DNA of 64,000 bases, from positions 7,251 through 71,250 of the IMG/VR virus record IMGVR_UViG_2648501160_000003. The stretch is one strand, 5' to 3'. This stretch comes from a virus. Both the position numbers and the translations under genes were made by a program. Below the pieces are notes generated by a model, which was given only the letters and a program-made list of their open reading frames with translations, did no database searches and had not been told where the DNA came from. The stretch's first letter is position 1; the number at the start of each line of letters is the position of its first letter. Of the stretch, positions 1 through 9,660 are shown one piece after another.

Positions 1-80
1 CTTGAGATAACCGCGACAAGCGCGGAAAATCAATTCACTGTTTTGTTTACGTTTTTTTGTTGATAATTAATTAAAATAGA

Positions 81-608
81 ATGAATTTCATTGTGAAAGC
101 TGCTGATAGCAAGCTTTTTGTGTTTTTGTCATACTCCCTAAGCCCGATAGCTATAACTAGCACTTACGTGCTTTTTGTTTTTCTCGGAGCAGGTGTGTTG
201 GCTATTCCACCAGCGATAATCTGCATAGGTTTAGCGATCTTTGCTAACTACTGGATCGTTTCGAATGGCTTTGAATGGGAGAGACAGTCAGCAATCGCAT
301 GGCGTTTTCTTCCTCTGACTCCTATTAAAGAATCAGAAATCAGAGAAAAGATCAAAAAGGAATCGAGAGGATTTTCCGATGAGTGGGCTATTAAAATTGG
401 CAGTGATGAATGCGATAAAATCATTAATGATCTCAAAAACAGAATAGAATTTATGATGAATACCTTTGGTTTGTTGAATGAAATCTCACTTCTTATTGAG
501 CTTAACAAAGCTCATGAGATCGCTTATTCGTCATATTTAAAGAAGATCCAAATGGAAGACGATAAAGTATACGTCGAGTTTATTAGGAAATGGGGATGGC
601 AAGACTAA
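81..608 (+). CDS. hypothetical membrane protein
   Basis: 175-aa ORF with an N-terminal pair of hydrophobic helices. No recognisable catalytic motif. Confidence 0.4.
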   Translation: MNFIVKAADSKLFVFLSYSLSPIAITSTYVLFVFLGAGVLAIPPAIICIGLAIFANYWIVSNGFEWERQSAIAWRFLPLTPIKESEIREKIKKESRGFSDEWAIKIGSDECDKIINDLKNRIEFMMNTFGLLNEISLLIELNKAHEIAYSSYLKKIQMEDDKVYVEFIRKWGWQD

Positions 609-621
609 ACCAAACTAGAAA

Positions 622-646
622 CAAAGGGGGTTCCCCCCCTTTTTTG
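622..646. terminator. bidirectional rho-independent terminator
   Basis: GGGGG-TT-CCCCCC hairpin with A-run upstream and T-run downstream. It lies between convergent ORFs 81..608 and 647..1111. Confidence 0.6.
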
Positions 647-1111
647 TTATGCTGCTAATTGTTTTTTAGTTGCTTTCTTTACGTACTTAAAAAGAGAAGC
701 GAAAAGAATTAGCGGCGTAATTGCCAAACCAGCAGCTTCAATAATAGAGAAGTTTACTAGAAGGCTTTTCGGTAGCATTGATGTAATGCCTAGAGAGAAC
801 ATGAACGCTCCCAAACCCAACATTGACCATTTATCTTTGTAACCGATGAATTTTACAACATCGTCAGCGACAATGATTAAAGATACAAAACCTAAACTTT
901 TCAGGTATACAACATTTGTTGTGTAAGTAGGGTTTAGAGATAAGACAACCGAATATACAATAAGAAATACTGTTAAAACGGTTGCGCAATAGATGATGGT
1001 CGAAGACATGACCGCCATTGCTAATCGTGTGTTCATCATAAAAGTTTCCTCTTTAGTTATGTCTTTCCCCAAAGACGTAGTAATTATGCATCCATGCGAT
1101 TCAATTGTCAA
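647..1111 (-). CDS. hypothetical multi-pass membrane protein
   Basis: 154-aa ORF with several hydrophobic segments. Confidence 0.4.
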   Translation of the reverse strand: MTIESHGCIITTSLGKDITKEETFMMNTRLAMAVMSSTIIYCATVLTVFLIVYSVVLSLNPTYTTNVVYLKSLGFVSLIIVADDVVKFIGYKDKWSMLGLGAFMFSLGITSMLPKSLLVNFSIIEAAGLAITPLILFASLFKYVKKATKKQLAA

Positions 1112-1149
1112 TATAATTACAAAAGATATTGTCTATTTTTATAATATAT

Positions 1150-1177
1150 AAAAAAGAGGCTGTTGCCTCTTTTTTGT
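1150..1177. terminator. rho-independent terminator downstream of Sir2 gene
   Basis: AGAGGC-TGTT-GCCTCT hairpin flanked by A-run and T-run. Confidence 0.55.
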
Positions 1178-1975
1178 TCACTCAAACCTTAAGCAGTTTT
1201 CAAAAAACTCAGATGATGTCATCTTAGCTCTATAGTGAGGGATATCAGTCTGACTCAACACATCAAAAGCATCACTAGGCTCAACATAAATGATCTTAGC
1301 ATTGTAGGCTTTATGACAACCCCTTATTGGTTCTTCCATATACGGGAATTGAAGTGATGTTCCAATCACAAATACGTGACTGACAGGCTCTCTCAAGAAA
1401 TCTTCTAGTTGATAGATCTTTTCCATATCAAGCATACCATTGAACGGTACGATGTTTGGTCTCAAATCCGACTTGCAAAATGAACAAGCTGGAGCATTCC
1501 TTTTCGTCTTAACATTCAAGTCTATGTCACTTATTGGAATGTAGCCATGTTTGATTCCTCGAACATTAATGCAGTTTTTGCAATACACAACAGATAAGTT
1601 TCCGTGAATGTCAATGACGTTTTCCGACCCTGCTTTCTGGTGGAGGTTATCTACTTGCTGAGTGAATACACACGAGTCTTTGACTAGCTTTTGAATCTGC
1701 GCAATCTGTGTGTGAGCTATGTTAGGCTTGTAGCTTTCGTAACCCTTAAGTAGAGGCGAGATTACATCCCAAATCACTCCTGGTCTTTTATCCATGTTGA
1801 AGGCTGATAATAAATGCTCAATCTTTCCCTTCTGGTTTGTATAAAGACCTCCCTCACCTCTATAAGTAGGTAATCCACTTGCTACACTTATTCCCGCACC
1901 TGTAATGAACAAAACTCTATCTGAGTTTGAAATCTCAATCTCATTGTCATTTAGGCTTATTACTGCTTTTTTCAT
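1178..1975 (-). CDS. Sir2-family NAD-dependent protein deacylase (CobB-like sirtuin)
   Basis: GAGISVASGLPTYRG Rossmann/NAD motif, HG motif (DIHGNL), CKNC...CSFC zinc ribbon and a VIGTS motif. 265 aa, the typical size of short bacterial sirtuins. Confidence 0.8.
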   Translation of the reverse strand: MKKAVISLNDNEIEISNSDRVLFITGAGISVASGLPTYRGEGGLYTNQKGKIEHLLSAFNMDKRPGVIWDVISPLLKGYESYKPNIAHTQIAQIQKLVKDSCVFTQQVDNLHQKAGSENVIDIHGNLSVVYCKNCINVRGIKHGYIPISDIDLNVKTKRNAPACSFCKSDLRPNIVPFNGMLDMEKIYQLEDFLREPVSHVFVIGTSLQFPYMEEPIRGCHKAYNAKIIYVEPSDAFDVLSQTDIPHYRAKMTSSEFFENCLRFE

Positions 1976-2087
1976 AAATTATCCTATGGCTTATTTATGC
2001 TATCTATACACTATCTGAACCTCGCAATCAATACTTGACCCTACCTCAACTTTATGTATAATTATGATAGTTATCTAGGGGTGTTTT

Positions 2088-3059
2088 ATGTCATTCGAAA
2101 TCTACAAAACTAAGTATCAATACTGCATTTCATCAAAAAACCTACTTCATATCACAAAGCAGAATTTTGGGTATGTTCCTGGTTATGACGAATTTATGCG
2201 AAGTGAAGCTGAAACACTAATTCAGACAAATGACATTCTTGGTTATAAAACAGACGCAGAAGAGAATTACTGGATCAATAATGGTTGCCCTACAATCTTT
2301 GTTGAGGATAAAGATCTGATCAATGACCTGTTTATCGCCAAGTACAAGACTGGTTTGAACGCAATGCTAGCGGCTCCCTTCCCCATTTTCTCTTTTTCGT
2401 TTCCGAATAAGACTGTAATTAATGGAGTTGAGTTGCCACCTTGCTTAGTATGCTTATCAGGTGAAGCTAATATTTACGAAAACATGACTACTCCTTATGA
2501 CGAAAAATACTTAGGGGCTGAGTTTACTCCAAAGCCTTTAACTAATAGGACATACCTATCCATTAGTTATAGGACAAAGGATGGGTATTTAATGAATAAG
2601 TCTGTGATTATTGAAGAGGTCATGGACATCATTAATGACATGAATGAAATGGGTGATGCTAAGTGCTTCCTATACGATCAATCTTTGAATGAGCTTGAAT
2701 CAAAGATGATTCTAACCCTTACAAAGATTGTTGCAGGATTACTCATCTATCATTCAGCAACGGAAGGTAAAGGGCTTAGAAAGGGATTCCCATCAAAAAC
2801 GGTTAAACTTCCAAAGCAGACAACCAGAGTAAACTATATTGGTATGTCACTATCAAACTGCAATGAATACACTCCAAAGCAAAAAGGAAGCAGTAATTCG
2901 GGTGGATATAAAATCCTATCTAGAGAATCTTTCTTTAGAAACTTGCAGGCTGAACGCTATTATCAAGGAAAATTCCAAAATGAGCCTAAAGGTAGTCGAT
3001 GGGTTTACGTTAGTGGAATTAACCGCGATGTAGATGAGTACACTCAAGGAAAAGCATAG
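2088..3059 (+). CDS. hypothetical protein
   Basis: 323-aa ORF with no recognisable motif. Confidence 0.4.
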   Translation: MSFEIYKTKYQYCISSKNLLHITKQNFGYVPGYDEFMRSEAETLIQTNDILGYKTDAEENYWINNGCPTIFVEDKDLINDLFIAKYKTGLNAMLAAPFPIFSFSFPNKTVINGVELPPCLVCLSGEANIYENMTTPYDEKYLGAEFTPKPLTNRTYLSISYRTKDGYLMNKSVIIEEVMDIINDMNEMGDAKCFLYDQSLNELESKMILTLTKIVAGLLIYHSATEGKGLRKGFPSKTVKLPKQTTRVNYIGMSLSNCNEYTPKQKGSSNSGGYKILSRESFFRNLQAERYYQGKFQNEPKGSRWVYVSGINRDVDEYTQGKA

Positions 3060-3131
3060 GCTCACCACTTCTTTTAAGATTGGACATTCAATGCTAAAAT
3101 TATATTTAAAAATAAATATAAGGTGCATTAA

Positions 3132-3707
3132 ATGTCCAAATTTACTTATGTAACATCATGTGTTGGGGCTGATGGTGACGATATCAATGAAATGAAAGAT
3201 GCCCCACTATCAATTGAAATTGATAAATCCGATTTCTTCAGAACTATTGGCTCAGGTATAAAAGACCAAATCGTTGATATATTTGAATTAAACAACATTC
3301 AAGAATTTATAGATGACTGGCACACCAGTTCCTACACTTCTTGTTATCAAGGAATTCCTTGCTTATTCGTACAGCATAGCGGTATTGAACATGTTTTCGT
3401 TGACTCCAATAGAGTTCGAGAACTTAGACACGGTGAAGAGATTGAAGAGCGCCGCAATGCAATTTCCGATATAGAGGACTTGTTAGATGAGTATCAACCT
3501 TGGCAGGATGCACAAGGAAAAACCGAGTGGTTTAAAGCTCTCTCAAGCTTTGTAAAAGAGAATAAGGCTCAGTTCGATGCGCACAACATCTTGCTCAGTT
3601 CCATTTACACCAGCGGATACCCATACAGCGAAGTTATAGCTGAAATCGATAAAAAACTACTTATAGAACCCAGATCCAAGGAAAGAGAGTTTGGACTAAA
3701 TCTTTAA
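3132..3707 (+). CDS. hypothetical protein
   Basis: 191-aa ORF followed by a hairpin terminator. Confidence 0.4.
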   Translation: MSKFTYVTSCVGADGDDINEMKDAPLSIEIDKSDFFRTIGSGIKDQIVDIFELNNIQEFIDDWHTSSYTSCYQGIPCLFVQHSGIEHVFVDSNRVRELRHGEEIEERRNAISDIEDLLDEYQPWQDAQGKTEWFKALSSFVKENKAQFDAHNILLSSIYTSGYPYSEVIAEIDKKLLIEPRSKEREFGLNL

Positions 3708-3737
3708 TAAAAAGCCCATCATGATGGGCTTTTTTCT
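3708..3737. terminator. bidirectional rho-independent terminator
   Basis: AGCCCATCATGATGGGCT hairpin followed by TTTTTT. Shared by convergent genes. Confidence 0.6.
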
Positions 3738-4264
3738 TATGATGGACATAAGGTTTGTTCTCTTCTTAGAATTTTCTTCTGTTCTAGATCTGCCCTTGCA
3801 TCTTTAATTAAAGACGAATCGAAATCCCAATCGAATACTTGCAATACTATAGCTTCCTTACACATGTATTCCCACGCTGGATCCTCTGAAGCTTCACCAC
3901 ACCAGTACTTCAGTGCTGCTTCCTTAACAACATCACTTTCAACACAGAAGCCTGAATCCATTAACTCAGTCACCTTTGTGCTCCAATACATATCGTGTTT
4001 CGTAACATCTCCTTTCGGCACGACCAAAAAAGTGTATTCCTCACCGCCACCTGCGTATTCAAGGTCTTCAAGCTCTTTCACTAAAAACACACTATCTTTA
4101 TGTGCAGTGAACTTATTAGGTCTATGGTATTCCAACCCCCTATAAAATCCAGCAGTTCCCCACTTTCCTTCATAATCTACACAATTTCTTAGTTTTGTTC
4201 CTGGAGGAAGGTAATCATCTGAACCATGATAAAATATTTTAGACATATAAATTAATACGAACAT
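3737..4264 (-). CDS. hypothetical protein
   Basis: 175-aa ORF. Confidence 0.4.
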   Translation of the reverse strand: MFVLIYMSKIFYHGSDDYLPPGTKLRNCVDYEGKWGTAGFYRGLEYHRPNKFTAHKDSVFLVKELEDLEYAGGGEEYTFLVVPKGDVTKHDMYWSTKVTELMDSGFCVESDVVKEAALKYWCGEASEDPAWEYMCKEAIVLQVFDWDFDSSLIKDARADLEQKKILRREQTLCPS

Positions 4265-4446
4265 AAGATTTGTTATTTATTAAATAATATCATCATTAAG
4301 AATAGATATCTTTTCAAAAAAGAAAAAAGAAGATCTTTTTTGATCAAAATTCACATTGCATTGTACAATATGAATAAAACGTCTGAAAAATATAAATAAC
4401 ATAATATTCAGTCTGAAAAATTGATTAATAAAGAAATAAATGCAAC

Positions 4447-4995
4447 ATGATAAATCAAAAATACGCCACAAGTTATATAGAAGGTTTTGGAGCCGAGAGT
4501 GTGTTCTGCGAATTAGCTCAAAGTAAAGGTTTCAAGGTCATTCCTGCGTCAAAGAAAGAAAACATTGAGGATCATATAGATTTTTTTCTATATCGAGACG
4601 GGAAGCAATATTCGGTTGACGTTAAGGCAATGAAACGCATAAGCAGAAATTCTATAAATAAAGATGAAGATTCGATCTGGATAGAATTCAGAAATGTTCG
4701 CGGGAATAATGGCTGGATATACGGAAAACAAGATCTTGTAGCCTTTGAATTTAATAGTTATTTCGTTTTAGTAAAAAGAAAAGAGTTATTGGATTTTGTA
4801 ACAGTTAGCCTTAACTCATTTACCAAAGTTGTTTCATCGTCAAGACATGCATTGTTCAACTTGTATCAAAGAAGAGGAAGACAGGACTTGATAACAAGAA
4901 TTAAAAGAGATAATATTCTAGCTCTAAAAAATAAAATTTGGATTAAAAATGAAGGATTTAATCAAATCCCAGAAGCAGTTAATGCAGTCCATTAA
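4447..4995 (+). CDS. hypothetical protein
   Basis: 182-aa ORF. Its 3' end overlaps the next ORF, suggesting translational coupling. Confidence 0.4.
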   Translation: MINQKYATSYIEGFGAESVFCELAQSKGFKVIPASKKENIEDHIDFFLYRDGKQYSVDVKAMKRISRNSINKDEDSIWIEFRNVRGNNGWIYGKQDLVAFEFNSYFVLVKRKELLDFVTVSLNSFTKVVSSSRHALFNLYQRRGRQDLITRIKRDNILALKNKIWIKNEGFNQIPEAVNAVH

Positions 4996-5665
4996 TTCAA
5001 GCTTTGGCACAAATGAATCAGAAATTCTTGAATGGTACGATGGACCACTTTTCGTAAAAAGCAAGATTGAAGGCAAAGATTTCTATTACCACATTTTAAA
5101 TATTTCTAAGGGATACTTTGCAGCATTTAATCTAAAGCCAGGCATTGATGCTATTGAGGGTGAAACTTTAGACCCTGCTTTATCAAATGTATTTCTGAAT
5201 GAGTTATTTCACGGCAATAATACTTATGAGCATCTATATCTTTACGATTCTGTCTCAGGTAAAAATCAAGCTTTAGATTCAACGAACATAAAAGAATTCA
5301 TTACTCCTTGGGAAGAGCGGGTGTATGAAAGAGCTATTTATCAGTTCTTAGTTAATGGTATTTCTGATTTTTACGCTTCAATAGACAACAAGTCGGATTC
5401 ACTTACCCATTCAACCAGAATCGATATTGACACTAGCTATGATGAAGCACTTGTTGAACTTGTAAATGTCGCTAGGCTTTACGGATGTAGTGATACTTTA
5501 CCTAAAGCACAGCAAGTATGCTTAATGGTAAAGTCAGGTGAACAATTTAATGGCTGTTTCAACTATCGAATCACACAACAAAATTCTGTAAGATTTAACA
5601 TCTCGATTGGTAATGAAGTTATTAAACTGAACCTACATCTTGTTCAAGCAGAAGATGATGATTAG
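4949..5665 (+). CDS. hypothetical protein
   Basis: 238-aa ORF. Confidence 0.4.
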   Translation: MKDLIKSQKQLMQSINSSFGTNESEILEWYDGPLFVKSKIEGKDFYYHILNISKGYFAAFNLKPGIDAIEGETLDPALSNVFLNELFHGNNTYEHLYLYDSVSGKNQALDSTNIKEFITPWEERVYERAIYQFLVNGISDFYASIDNKSDSLTHSTRIDIDTSYDEALVELVNVARLYGCSDTLPKAQQVCLMVKSGEQFNGCFNYRITQQNSVRFNISIGNEVIKLNLHLVQAEDDD

Positions 5666-5684
5666 CAATCTTTAAATCGAATAA

Positions 5685-5714
5685 AAGCCCCACCGTTTAT
5701 CAGTGGGGCTTTTG
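5685..5714. terminator. bidirectional rho-independent terminator
   Basis: GCCCCAC...GTGGGGC hairpin followed by TTTTG. Confidence 0.55.
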
Positions 5715-6590
5715 CTAGAAAAGAGCTTTGAAAACCCTTTCTGTATAGATAGCATCACTGATAGCTCTATGCTCCTTTAGTTCGGACTCTAGACCTAAGT
5801 TCTTCACTGCTCTTTTAAGCCCCATAGTATCTCGACCATGAATTTTTGCGTAGATTGATTGGAGATCTAAAAAGCTATGTTTCAATTCAGGCTGGCTAAT
5901 TCTTCTTAACTCTCTATTAAACGCTTTTTGCTCGATACCACCCCAGTGAACAAAAAAACATTTTTGTTGTTTGTCGAGAAAGTTTTTTAATATTTCAAGA
6001 TAGAACGTTTCGAAGTTTGGCATACCCTGTAGCATTTCAGTGCTAATGCCTGTCTTTTCTTCACAGTATCTACCCATTTTCATCTCTGGGAATGGTAGAA
6101 TCAAAGAATCTAATTCAAATGCCGCTTCTAGGCTATCCGACCTTACCGCTACAAGGCCAAAATCTACAATAGATTCTGTAAACTTGTCCGATCCATCTAG
6201 CCTATATTGATTGTACTCAAAATCGATAAATAATAGCCACTCAAATTTTTCTCTTACTAGGTTAAGATGGTTTTTAGCATCTTCTGCACTTCTATAAGAC
6301 TGGGATTTGGAGTTAGTAGGAAGCCCTTGAATCAGCTTACATAAAAAATGCTCTAGATTAATCACGTCATTGCCTACAAATTCGGTCATTGTCGGAAGTT
6401 TGTGGTAAAAATCATCTAATGTGATTTTACTTGAGAAATAGTCAGGATTGCTCTGAATAAGTAAATTACATACAGATGAAACGCATTTTTTTAGGCTTTT
6501 AACTTGAGGTTTCCGATGCAAACCCTTTTCAGTTAACTTGTATTGATCGAGGTTGCTAAGCCATTCCAGCAATTTACTTACGTCATTCAT
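5715..6590 (-). CDS. DEDDh-family 3'-5' exonuclease (DnaQ/RNase T-like) with extra N-terminal domain
   Basis: Exo I motif FIDFEY (D-x-E) and Exo III motif HRAISDAIYTERVF (H-x4-D) near the C-terminus. Confidence 0.55.
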   Translation of the reverse strand: MNDVSKLLEWLSNLDQYKLTEKGLHRKPQVKSLKKCVSSVCNLLIQSNPDYFSSKITLDDFYHKLPTMTEFVGNDVINLEHFLCKLIQGLPTNSKSQSYRSAEDAKNHLNLVREKFEWLLFIDFEYNQYRLDGSDKFTESIVDFGLVAVRSDSLEAAFELDSLILPFPEMKMGRYCEEKTGISTEMLQGMPNFETFYLEILKNFLDKQQKCFFVHWGGIEQKAFNRELRRISQPELKHSFLDLQSIYAKIHGRDTMGLKRAVKNLGLESELKEHRAISDAIYTERVFKALF

Positions 6591-7026
6591 TTCAAATACC
6601 TTAATTTTATCTAGAATTTTCTCTTTTACACCATTCTAAGAATTCTTGATCTGATTGTATCTCTAAAGGAATTCCTACAGTTGTTATACATCATTACAAC
6701 CTTTGAGTAAATAATTGCCAGATCAAAAACATACAAAACTCGCTCCTTACTTAAGCGTTTTCACTTTCTAATTCTGTTTCACCATCTACTTCCTTCCAGC
6801 CATTCTCCCACTGAAGGAAAGCGTCACTTGGATTGTCCACGTATGTGTTTCTAAGAGGGTTTGCATGGATACTCATACCAGAAGCTCTACAGGTTTTACC
6901 ATTTTCATACGGGGTTTGATTATTGAGATTGTTCATATTATACACCGTTGCAATTATTGTAATTTAAAGATATATTGCCATTTGTTCTTACTTCTATCAA
7001 ATGTTTTGCATACATTTAGTTAAAAA

Positions 7027-7773
7027 GTGATAAAAATGAAAGAATTTTATTATGAAATAAAATGTCAGAAGCAGGACTCATTAGGTAGCTGGGCTTTCCC
7101 TCCTATGTATTCAGGACTATTGAAAGCTAAAGACAAAAATGCAGCCCGAAAAGCCCTTGAAGATGAGTTCGACGTTGAATTACCTTGCCGCGTTCTCAAA
7201 AAAGATTTTGAAAAAAGCCCATATTTGCTCAAATTAAGAGAGCATGACGGAACTGATGAATATCTAAATCGTTTATTTGAAAACAGGAAATGCAAGGAGT
7301 GCAGCAATTCCTTTAGGCGAATTGACCTTTACAATGACCACAACGAGCAATACAAGGGGATAGAGTTTTGCTCTAGAGAGTGTCAGCAGAAATACGGAAA
7401 GAAACACATTGGGTTCAATGCTTCCTGTATTGATAAGACAAAAGGAAATGCGCCTGTCATCTATAAGATCACTAATACGGCTGAAAATAAGCACTATATA
7501 GGCAAAACCTTGCAGGTTTTCACGTTACGCTGGTATCAGCATTTTTTTCAGGGTGGTGAATGCAAATTTCATAAAGCAATCAGAAACACCAAACTAACAG
7601 ATTGGGAGTTTAGTGTTTTAGAGATTATTGGAGAATCACCAGAAGGTATGCCTATAGAGGAATACGTTCTCTCTAGAGAAACCCATTGGATGAAAAAGTA
7701 CGATTCAATCGATAATGGCTACAATAGTCAAGTTTCTAGCATTACTGTACACGGGCATCAGGAAGAAGGTTGA
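7027..7773 (+). CDS. GIY-YIG endonuclease (homing-endonuclease-like) with N-terminal Cys-rich region
   Basis: VIYKITN...KHYIGKT GIY-YIG core with downstream conserved R, H, E and N (GYN). An upstream cysteine cluster CKEC...CSREC is present. Confidence 0.7.
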   Translation: MIKMKEFYYEIKCQKQDSLGSWAFPPMYSGLLKAKDKNAARKALEDEFDVELPCRVLKKDFEKSPYLLKLREHDGTDEYLNRLFENRKCKECSNSFRRIDLYNDHNEQYKGIEFCSRECQQKYGKKHIGFNASCIDKTKGNAPVIYKITNTAENKHYIGKTLQVFTLRWYQHFFQGGECKFHKAIRNTKLTDWEFSVLEIIGESPEGMPIEEYVLSRETHWMKKYDSIDNGYNSQVSSITVHGHQEEG

Positions 7774-7781
7774 GGTAAACG

Positions 7782-8507
7782 ATGTTCACTATATATATTA
7801 GAAAAGATCTTGGAATGACTAGAGGTAAGATGTTATCCCAAGTCTCACATGCAGCTATGAAATACACACTGTCGCTATTTGAGCAAAATGGTGGAGTTTT
7901 AACTACTAGTTTGAGCACTATCGAAAAACTAAACCATGTATTGACCCACATAGACAATGTTCTGAATATCCAATTTGTAAAAAGTGAAGAAGAACTTATC
8001 AATGTAAGTAATGCTAGTTCGAATCACTCAGTAAGTATTCTTGATAATGGACTTACGCAATTTAATGGCGTTAAATCACTAACTTGTGCCTTGGTTAATA
8101 CCGACCTTAGTCTTCCAACTATCAGAACCCCTGAATATGGTAAGAAAGAGAGTGATCATAAACAAGTACTCGTGTTTTATAGTAATGAGAGACTAAACAA
8201 GACCATCCAGATCAGATCAGCCATTAAAATGGCAATAGCGACTATCCTTGCTCATCTCTCTCATTGCAGTATTGACCTTGAATCTGAGAAAAATAGAGAT
8301 CTACAAATCTGGCTCGATGATTGCTTTAAGAAGGTTACATTAAAAACAAAAAGTATTGATGTATTGATGAATCTAAAAGAACAGTCAGAATCAAGAGGCT
8401 TATTATGCGTAGAGGATATTGACACATACTCAACAATTTCCCTCGCGATAGGACCAGGTAGCAACAGAATGTATCATGAGTTAACGGATAAGCTAACACT
8501 ATACTAA
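7782..8507 (+). CDS. PTH2-type peptidyl-tRNA hydrolase domain protein
   Basis: N-terminal IYIRKDLGMTRGKMLSQVSHAAM matches the PTH2 (PF01981) signature V-V-R-x-D-L-x-M-x-x-G-K-x-x-A-Q-x-x-H-A. The C-terminus carries the LAIGPG motif. Confidence 0.55.
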   Translation: MFTIYIRKDLGMTRGKMLSQVSHAAMKYTLSLFEQNGGVLTTSLSTIEKLNHVLTHIDNVLNIQFVKSEEELINVSNASSNHSVSILDNGLTQFNGVKSLTCALVNTDLSLPTIRTPEYGKKESDHKQVLVFYSNERLNKTIQIRSAIKMAIATILAHLSHCSIDLESEKNRDLQIWLDDCFKKVTLKTKSIDVLMNLKEQSESRGLLCVEDIDTYSTISLAIGPGSNRMYHELTDKLTLY

Positions 8508-8611
8508 TTGAAATTGCAGCCTATAGGCTGCTCTTTTCCAATTATCTACTAATAATGGTGCTTTTTCATACCTGATATACTTAAGCCAATCTAGGTAGAT
8601 TGGCTTTGATT

Positions 8612-9610
8612 TTATTTTTTAAGTTGTTGAATGGCTTTCTTAAAACTTCCGTATTCAGTTTGACCCGCTCTAATAGAATGGTCAAACCTACTCAATATGG
8701 CATCCATTTTTATCTTTAAAAAGTTCTCGTGCGATATAAAGAAACTGCCATTTTCAAGCTTATGGATGAAATTTACTCTTGATGAATATTCAGGAATGAT
8801 TAAATCTAAAAGCCAGCCTATATAAATTGAGTTCCGTATTTTTTTGTACAGTATTGGATCTTTTGAAATCAGAATATATGCATTTCTAATTATATCGAAT
8901 GCATTTCTATCATAATCAATGCAATAGACAAGCTGATCTTTATATTCGAATGAATCCAGGGTTATAAAATCAATGCCTAGATCTTCTGGGATTTCGCTGA
9001 TGAATTCATTTAGATTATTTAGAAGAGCCTTCTCTTCACCATCTTCGACACCCGACCCTAACGAAACATCAATTTCTTCAACAGCTTGCAAGCAATCTTT
9101 CAAGGCAGAAATTATATTTACTGATAGGCATATCTTAAACTTTGAAGGAAGTTTATTTATGTGATCGATTACTAATTTATCTTTCGCTCTCTTCGGGATT
9201 CGGTATTTTGATGTATTATTTAAACAAGAGTATTCAGAAGTTATTTGCTCAATTTCTAAAGTTAGTTCTTTATGCACATTTGTTTTCTTATCAGTAATTA
9301 CCTTTTCGAACTCAATTCCATTAACATCTTTGAGATTTGCGAAAAATCTTGATTTAACTATCTCTTTCTTCTTTGAGTCAATGACAACAAAAGTTATCGA
9401 ATCCATTAACGGGTTGTTCTGTCTAATGTAAATTCTATCTATTTTCAAAATTGTGTTTTTAGGAAGGGATATTGAATTCGAAACATTTACTGCTTCAGAT
9501 CCTAGGTAGGACTTAAGGAAGCTTTCATTTCTTCTTTCATTGATAACATTAAATGTAGTTTGGGATGCTAGCTTGATAGCATCCCCTATAGTTGGTATAT
9601 AAAAAATCAT
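8612..9610 (-). CDS. hypothetical protein
   Basis: 332-aa ORF, last gene of a minus-strand operon that starts with the TS-like fragment. Confidence 0.4.
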   Translation of the reverse strand: MIFYIPTIGDAIKLASQTTFNVINERRNESFLKSYLGSEAVNVSNSISLPKNTILKIDRIYIRQNNPLMDSITFVVIDSKKKEIVKSRFFANLKDVNGIEFEKVITDKKTNVHKELTLEIEQITSEYSCLNNTSKYRIPKRAKDKLVIDHINKLPSKFKICLSVNIISALKDCLQAVEEIDVSLGSGVEDGEEKALLNNLNEFISEIPEDLGIDFITLDSFEYKDQLVYCIDYDRNAFDIIRNAYILISKDPILYKKIRNSIYIGWLLDLIIPEYSSRVNFIHKLENGSFFISHENFLKIKMDAILSRFDHSIRAGQTEYGSFKKAIQQLKK

Positions 9611-9660
9611 CTTTAATCTCCATTTTTAGAAATTATAGCAATGATTATCTAATTTATATA

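Noticed and set aside
1178-1975. Sir2 gene as a defence-system effector (Thoeris ThsA / DSR / SIR2-HerA type)
   Set aside because: The protein is only 265 aa and keeps the CxxC...CxxC zinc ribbon and the full GAGIS/HG/GTS catalytic set of housekeeping CobB-type deacylases. Defence SIR2 domains usually lack the zinc ribbon and are fused to, or adjacent to, SLOG, helicase or HerA partners, none of which are present.
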